Below are positions 36,513 through 45,500 of a stretch of 64,000 nucleotides of DNA, piece by piece. This DNA comes from Candidatus Woesearchaeota archaeon. GTDB taxonomy: Archaea > Nanobdellota > Nanobdellia > Woesearchaeales > ARS49. Every line of letters begins with the position of its first letter. Positions within the stretch are counted from its first letter, which is position 1. A program made the translations under genes and the position numbers. The DNA lies in NCBI GenBank assembly GCA_030750765.1, contig JASMHM010000005.1, positions 14,256-78,255 on the forward strand, given 5' to 3'. A model generated the notes under the pieces. The model did not search any database. It saw only the letters and a program-made list of their open reading frames with translations, and was not told the DNA's origin.

Positions 36513-39500
36513 ATGAGTGGAAAATCTGGAAACGAGGTATGTGCTATACGTGGAGAAACGTGTGAAGATGTTTTCCTTCATTCCGGAGGTAAGGCGGTTC
36601 CGACAATGGAGTACATTCCGCCCGTGGGATGTGAATCGGTAGTTAGTTCGAATTCACAATGGGGATTGATGAATACTGTTAGCGGATTCAATGCAAATGT
36701 TGTGTGTTGCGACACTCCTGCTCCCCCTGTATCCCCTTCCGGAAAGACTTGCACTGCTGCAGAGCTAGCCGAAACAAAAGTGTATATTGCACCACAGGAC
36801 CGGGGAGCAACTACCCTGCTTAAGCGGCGAGTCCCCGTAAAGGTTATTCATAATGGAAAAGAGTTCAACGAACGGTCCAGTCATAGGGTGCCAGCAATAA
36901 TCGATCTTGGCATTCCTACGCGGTGTGGCGAGATACAAGGTACGCTCAATTATGAAGTAGTCATTGACGACCCGTTTTTCAAGCCTTACCGACGGTCTTT
37001 TAGGAAGGTTTCTACAAACGTCTACTTGGATCAATCCTCTTCACCCACTGGAGCATTGATCACAGGGATGGGCTATCTGGATACGCCGGTAGAAATGAAA
37101 GTGAGCTTTAGCGACAAAAACACGGGCGCGCCTATAGCGGGAGTTCCTGTAGAAGTGTATGAAGTTGAAGCTTCATTCCAGCCCCTACCTATTCGTAAGG
37201 CTCGATACACCACCAACGCAGATGGGCTCGTCACCGCATCCGAGACACGTGCCCAGTTTAGAAGCAGTTTCTGGTTCGTCGCCAAAGACTCCCGCCACAC
37301 AATCAATCCTTTACTCGTCTCTCCTGTGGGGAACAAACCTACCTCCAAAGCACAAAGTCTGGAAAGACCAAAGGACGAACGTTTTGACACCGGCGTTATG
37401 ACAGTTACTACCTATACCAAGGAAAATGGAAAGGTGATAAGACTTCCCGCAACCGTAACCTACTACCTTCCTAATGGTGAGTCCTCGGTTATCACGGCGA
37501 ACGCAAATGGGGTGGCCAAACTCATCTACAAATGGGACGCCATGAACGAAATCATTAACGGAAAGAAACTCACCTCGACGCGATTTCCTCGAGTGATCCC
37601 TGGCGGAAAGGTTCGCATAGAAATGCCTGGCTACAAAACCGAAGAAATTGGTGCCGGAATGTGGTTAGGCAAGAATAGCAAAGTCACTATGAGACTTGAA
37701 AAAGAGACCGTTTCCAAACCCGCGCCCCCTGTTCGCCCTCCAACACCTCCGCCAACTCCACCTCCTACTCCGCCTCCTACGCCGGTTCCAACTCCCACGC
37801 CTGCGCCACAGCCTAGTCCTGGGCTTCCGCCTCCCCGTCTGCCAGAGTTTGTTCCTGGATCAAGCACGTGCATAGTTCCTGCAGGTAACGCAGTGCCTCA
37901 ATCAGAATGTGGGCTGGATGAAAACTTCGTTCTAGACGACTTTGAAGGTTGGGAGCGGGTAACAGAAGGCTCAGGAACAATAGGGCACAAAAGCGGCAAG
38001 CTTCACCTAAAAATGGGCGGGGGCTCGAACTGGAAGGCAGTAGGCCTCAAGAAAAAGCTTCCGCATCCCATGCATGATTTTGCTGTCTCGGTAAGCATCC
38101 AAGGAGATTTCAAAGGAGGGGGTAATCAGCGTGGACAAATAGTACTGAGAGACGCTTGCGGCAAAGAATTCACACAACAAATAGGAAGAGACATGGGTAG
38201 TAGTACCTGGAAAGGGGAGATTTGCAATCCAAGATGTGACGAGAGCGAGACTAGATATCGTGGAGAGCCGATTCTTTATGTTTTCGTCAGAAAAGGCCCA
38301 GTCTTCACCATAACCGAAAACGGAAACCGAATTTTTTCCGGCAAGCTCAACATAGGTAGGTTAGACAGCGTTCAACTAGCCGCACTCACAAACGGGTACC
38401 CTCCTGCCTTCACCGTGGACTTTGATTACATTAACGTCGTTGGTACATGCACGACCGAGCCAGGTTGTGATTGTGATAACTTTGGGACCACGCCCGACAA
38501 CGAGCCTCCACCTGAACCGCCTGAGCCTCCTGCACCCGAACCTCCTCCTGAGATGGATACTGAAGAGTGCGCCACTTTCGCTGATGGAACAGAAACAATA
38601 GCCTGCGGCAACACTTGTTGTACACCTCAGGAAGATTGTGTTGGTGGCCAGTGCATCGTCAACTGCGCAGATCCTGGTGATTTTGATGATCCTGATGATT
38701 CAATTCCTGATGATTGCCCTGTTCTCCCTGGTCAAAGAGTCACAACGCCCTGCGGCAACACGTGCTGTGGGCCTAACCATGCGTGTGTGGACGGTGCTTG
38801 TGTGAATGCTTGTCCAGGACCTCCGCCTCCGCCTGAGAAACCTCAATGTGGAGGGGGCTGCCCCAATCGTAATAGAGGATGGGGTGGGGGAGAAATCTCA
38901 CCAACCACTCTTGCGCATAGTAGAGTAGGGATAAGCGTTGCTACTTCCCAGAACAAGATCGCTGTAGGGGCCGTGAGTAACCGAACGAGCGCTCCCTTCC
39001 CTACCCAAGTGTACACTTACGAACGTACCAACCCGCTTCTCACACCTACCAATGTGTATCCAACCCCTCCTGAGTACTTCATCCAGAAGGGAGGGCCCAT
39101 ATTTGGTCCGGCATATTACAAGGGAAGTGGGCAGCCAGCTAAGGCTGGTGGGCAAAACTTGTACTTGAGATTGCGCCAAGATGCCTTCCGTCAAATGCAG
39201 ACCTTAGACCCTCCTGGAGAGAGTTATGAACGCTTTGGACAAGCGGTTGCCATGCATGGCGACACGTTAGTGGTGGGTGCTCCTAATAGTGACGCTGCCG
39301 GACTCCCAGGAGCCGCGTACGTGTACCGGTACACTTCTGAAGGATGGGAGTTCTCGAAAAAACTAGAACCCGATGACTCACCTCAGAGCGCGCTCTTTGG
39401 AAGCTCGCTTTCCTTCGACGGAGACACACTACTTGTTGGAGCGGTTGATAAACTCTTCGACCCGCTCAACCTGCACTGCAAGCCAGGATTCAATTTCGGA

Positions 39501-42500
39501 AATGTCTATGTGTATGATGCGAGCATGGAGTTAGTCCAAAAGTTGGTCAGTCCTCAACCACAATTTGGTGACTTCTTTGGCAGTGCCATGGACGTTGATG
39601 GAGAGCTCATTGTCATAGGCGCTCATGGCCAGGATACTGCCGAGATTGACCAAGGGGCCGTGTTCTTGTACAGGAAAGTGGGAGGAAAATGGGGTCTACA
39701 GAAAAAAATAGTGAACGAGCTTCTCACGAAGGGTGCGCAGTTTGGGGCTGCCTTAGATTTGCATGAAGGCACGCTCGTGATTGGCGCACCTAGACACGCA
39801 CAGGCATATGACGGAGAGTGGAAGAGAGACATGGGGCACCTTTCGGAGTATAATATCGGACCTGCAAGCGTCACACTAGTGAGATCTGTAGAGCCGTCTC
39901 GCGGGTGCACTTTTCCCTTACTCTTTGGCTGGTCTATAGCTACCAACGGAACGCAAACGTTTGTTGGAGCAAAGGCCGCAAATAATGAGCACGGACTCGT
40001 GTTTATTGCAAACCACCCAGAAAGCGGAGATATCCAGCTCTCAAAAGAGTTATTGGGTCGGGATGCGGATTATGGACCCTTTACCGATCCTAGAGCAATA
40101 AAGCTCCATCCTAAACTTATCCTGGAACCATCTGTACACTTTGGTCACGAGCTGAGCTGGGATGAAGTGCTTGTGGTGGGTGCCCCACTTTCTGGCAAGA
40201 ATGATGAGGGTGCTGCCTTGGTCTTTGCCAACGAGCTTGACAGGCACTGGGTGGATGTCATTCCTAAATCCGATGCGGCCGCTCTCACTTCCTTTGCAGA
40301 TATTAATGAGGACCTTCTTGACTTAAACTTAGACGCTATTAGCCTTGATTTAGATCTGTCCAACTCCATAACCGGCGGCGCGGTCGTCACGCCAAGAAAC
40401 ATACTTGCTCTAACCGGACTAGCTTCCATCACAGGCGCGCAAGTATTTGATCCTATGTTTCCCATTTTCAAACCTGGTACTTGTAAAAGAGAGCTAGATA
40501 GTGATCTTGAGTGTATAGCTGAGTGCGAGTTTTCGTGTTCTGTTCCTCCAGGAACTATGTGCGACTTTACGATGTGTGGTGTGGAGTGTGACTCGCGTCC
40601 TGATCCTATCTCTTGCCACGAAAGTTGTGTTAACGCCGAAGTTGCCTGTCACGAAAGAGAAGAGGAAGCGAATATTCAAAATCGTGAGGTCTGCATGAAT
40701 GATTGCTTAATCTGCTGCGGCCCATCTCTTCCTTTCGAAGACTTTTCCTTTGTCCCTGAAAATCCTTCTATCCCTGAAGGACCTGGTCCGACCTCTGTGC
40801 CTAGTGACACATGTCACTTCCCGAAGTCGCCAGAGCCCTTATGCGTGGACGACTGCATGGGAGATTGCCATTCTTGGAGGACAAGGGTCTCTATGCATAA
40901 TCTCGAAGCAATCCGCGATGAATGTTTCGATGAATGCGTCGCCGCGAGTATGGACTTTGTGTGCTCTGATGAAGGCACGCAAGCGTGTGATGACATTGTC
41001 CGAGATGCAGAAAAAAAGATTCTCAAACTCGAACAAAATGTTGAAAGATTCTGCGACGGAGAAGCCGCGAAGTGCGAAAACAACTGTTGTGGTTGTGATG
41101 CGAGTCAGGTGAGCTGTGGCCAAACGTGTTGTGATGCAGGAACGACATGTGTAGCAGGAACCTGTGCTCCTCCTGTAGCCATCATCCCTGTGGTAAACAA
41201 GCCTATCATGCAGCAGCTGTGCAACGCCCGTTTCCAAGGAGACCAACAATTCTATTGCGGTGAGGACTCGACAAGCATAGACGTCGCAAGGGTACAAAGT
41301 GCTATTGATAATGGAGACACGGGCTTGGTCAACCAGTTAGTCATGTTCCAGTGTTGCGAACCACCACAAATATGCAAGAACGCAGGATCTTTCTCAGCGA
41401 CCTGTGGCAATCCTCCTGAATGCCAACCAGGCGACACACAATGCGCAGGCATAGAAAAGGAGACCTGCAATGCTGGATCGTGGCAATCTCTAGGTATCAT
41501 TCTGGGAGAATGTGGCGTGGATTGTGAGCCAGGTCAAACTCGATGCTCTCCAGGAAACGAATTCGAAGAGTGCGACAGCGAAGGAAAATGGCAAAATCAA
41601 GGATTACAACAGGGTAAGTGTGGCGTTGCATGCCTTCTAGGAGAAAAAACCTGCGACGATAGAGGGGTATTGCACGTGTGTGCTGACACCAACGTTTTCC
41701 AGGCCTCTGGATTGGTAATGGGAGAGTGTGGCGTAGACTGTGAGCCCACAAGCACACGATGTGATGGGACCAACGTCCTTCGGTGTGATAGCACAGGCAA
41801 GGAATTCAGCGAAGGCGAAGTTCCAGGCCAGTGTGGAGTGCCTCTGCCTGAGATAGAGATTACACCCGTTCCAGTGGCTGAAGAAGGAGAACAGGTTGTT
41901 GTTCCTGGTGAAGTGCCCGCTGGAGCCCAAGACAGACCATCCGAATCAGGATGCACCCAAGACGAGTGCCGAGAACAAGAATTCTGGCAGTGCAGAGATG
42001 GAGAACTCGTACAACGAGGATTCATCCGAGATCAGTGTGGGGTAGAATGTTCACCCGGCCAAGAAGCCTGCCAAGGATCAGAACTACACAAATGTAACGA
42101 TCAACGATTATGGGAGAATTTAGGCATTCGCTTCACAGTATGTGGTAGTTTGTGCACGCCTGGCCAAGAAAAATGTGAGGGCACCACTTTCCTCAAATGC
42201 AACAACAACTGGCAGTTTGATAACCTAGGAAGTCAACCGGGCAAGTGCAACGTGCCGGGTCCAGAGGGTGGAGACGGCTCTATCATGAGTGGGGGAACTG
42301 GTTGTGACTGTCCTGCAGACAGACCACTACCTACCCCTGGAAAAACCCCGTGCCCTGCTTTCCCTGATGGCACCACATCCTGGCCGTGTGGAGACATGTG
42401 CTGCGTGGAAGGAGAAAGCTGCATCGAAGGTCAGTGCACGCTGGAATGTCCAAAATACGAACAAGAGATACTCGTATGTGAGAATGGTGCCACAGGTCCA

Positions 42501-45500
42501 GGTGGAAAAGGACCTGGCGACTACTTCCTGAAGGAATGCAACCAATGCCCTGTACTGCCAGGAGGCAGACTGACCATACAATGTGGCAATGATTGCTGTG
42601 GACCTAACGAGCGCTGTATACGTGGAAGCTGTAAGGCTGCCTGCACCTATGCTGGCGGGGGTGTGGCTAACATCCTAAATATCGTGCATTACTCACAAGT
42701 AACCAACTACACCCAAGTCTTCCAAAACGTGATCAACGTCACCCAGGTAACTGAGATCGTCCAGGTAGAAAACATCACCCAGTTCTACAACGTCACCCAA
42801 GGATGTCAAGAGATACCCGTACACGTGCTGGAGATGCCTGGAAGAATACCTGCCCAGGGAGTCACGGTAGAGGCCATCAACTATGATGATTTGGCAGCGA
42901 ACGTTCGCAACGTAGCAGACACTGGAAAGACTGACGAGCTCGGAAGAACCAAACTCTTCCCTTGCGAGAGCAGTCGCTTCATCATCGAAACCCAACCACG
43001 CATCTTCACCAAGAGTTTCGGCTTTGCGAGCACAAACAAGATAAAACAGCTGACTCTATTCGTCACGAGACCTCTCGAAGGAACAACTACTGAGACAAGC
43101 AAGTTAACCGTCCACGTGAGTGCTGACTTCAGAGACGGAGTCAACAGATTCATCCAGCCATTCCCTGGCGTGGAAGTGACGCTCAAGAACAGCAACTTCC
43201 ATGAAGGGGTCAAGCTGACCGAGATAGCCGAAAAGATAACAGATGAAAATGGAAACGTAACCTTCCTCATAGGGGTAGGGCCGGGTTATCTGGAGATTGA
43301 CGGGGAAAAACTATTTACTACCCGTCTTGTCCAAGATCTGGATGAGGATCTGATCATAACGGCCTTGGCAACCAGAGATGTAGGAAAGAATCAGCGAGCA
43401 TCCACAAAGCGCATATCCATCAAGTCTCACGGCACCTTCTTGGAATCTCGCTTTGCTCTCAACACCCCACCAAAAGGGGGCGAGGGAAGAGTGCAAGTTA
43501 CTAAGGAGCTAAAAGATCCTACAGTGGATGAGTTGGTCATCACCATCCAGGGCCCTGACCGAAAAGTGCTTCCAGGAGCAATCATCAAAATATTCAGCGG
43601 TGACGTTCTCGTCACGCAGCGAGTTATGAGCGATAGGCTACCCGTAGAGATTACCCTTCCAGAAGGTGATTACACTGTTGTAGCAGAAGCAGGAGATCAC
43701 AAGAGCGTGTCAAAGAACGCTTCGATCAAGAACCGTTTCGGCAAGCTACGAGGAGAACGAGTACTAATTCGGCTGACGGAGAGTACCATCCCCTCACTCA
43801 CGGCACGTATTATACACCCGCTCCAACCCTCCCCACTAGCCAAGTTCTTCACCTGGCTCTCTGGACCACCCACTGGTGCACTGACTGTGCTCAACTGCGA
43901 CGAGCCAAACCTCCCATGTGGAAGTGGATGTTGCAACTGGCACACCGAAGCGTGCAAAGCAGGATTGTGCGTCCCTAAGGTCGTGCAGGACAATCTAGCT
44001 TGGACAGACACACCACCGCCGCCCATCAAGCCAGACACTGACGAGTGTGTAGAAATCTACACCCACCAAGGTCCTATACCGATGCGAAACGGTGGCATAC
44101 TCATAAAAGCAGGCACGCATGGAAATAAGGCTTGCCAGTACAGAGCAAATCTTCCCTGCAACTGTGTCAGAAAAGGTGAAGGAGAGTGCAACATCAAATG
44201 CGACGCGCACATCGAAAGCACAACTATCACCGGAACATTGCCCAATAATTATCAGGAACGCGCTGGTTGGCGTCAGGAATACGTGGCCAGTTGTGGTTAT
44301 TGTGAGGACAAAACGCAAGTAAGTGGAGATACGCCAATCGATACCTGTCCTACGACCGAAAGCTTTGACAGCGCCCTAAACATGAATCTTGCATCCTGGG
44401 GTAAGGAAAAACCAAAGTATGGATTCCACGTTCGGAGCGAAGAGCAAGTCATTAAGATACAACGCTTTGGTGCTTCCGAGGACGCGAATGTGGTCCTGTA
44501 CCGGACGCTCCAAGAGCCTCTCGCAGACTTCCGACTCAAAGGAAGTGTGTACGCTGTCTTTGATGGAAAAAGAATGACTGCTAGCATCGCAGTCGTGGAC
44601 CAAGCAGGAGCAGAACATGTGGTGGAACTTGGCAACTACGTTAGCTACCACGGAAGAACTCGCCACATAAATGGAGGAAGGCCGGGTGGAGCGTACGCTG
44701 AAAGAACCTGGCAAACCTTTGCCATAGAAAAAAGAGGAAGCAGCATCAAGGTATACTCGTATGTTGACGGCATCGAGACAATTGTCAAGGAATACGGTAG
44801 CAAAATCGGTGCGTTGAGCCGTATTGAACTTCGCACTTGGCAAGAGGGACTGGGCAGCGAGGCATGGTTCAAAGACTTCCATCTTTCAGGTATTTGTGGA
44901 CTGCCAGCAGAGGACGTACTCCCTGACATTGATGTTTGTGGCAGCCAAGGATCATGGGATGTGAACCAAGGACCCCAAAGCAAAGTCCAGGCGCAAGATG
45001 GTCGTATCCGTATTGAAACCGTGGGCGGAGAAGATTCCTCAACGCTCACCCATGAGATCACCAAACCACTCATTGACTTTGACATTAGCTGGAAATCCCA
45101 AGCAGACTTTGGTTCTTCCATCCCACGCCGTGGACGCAAAAGCATGTTAATTATAGAGGACGAGCAAGGTAGGAAATACAGCTATGGCCTCAACCAGTAC
45201 ACGCACATGCACGGTCGAACACCGAACAACAAACAGGCGATGGTGCATATATGCAATCCTTCGGACTGTAAAACCAACTTTAAAGACTATGACGGCAGTG
45301 TGGTACAGTACCGTTTGGTTAAAAAAGGAAGCACGCTAACGCTATACGCGAACGGAGAGTCTGTAAACACGCAAGGTGCACAATTCTTCAAGCTAAAGAA
45401 AATATCTTTCAACGCACACACCTGGGGCGGTTCGCCACCATTCACTACCTGGTTTGATGGCCTTTCCGTCAAGGGACTGTGTGAAAAACCACCAGAACCA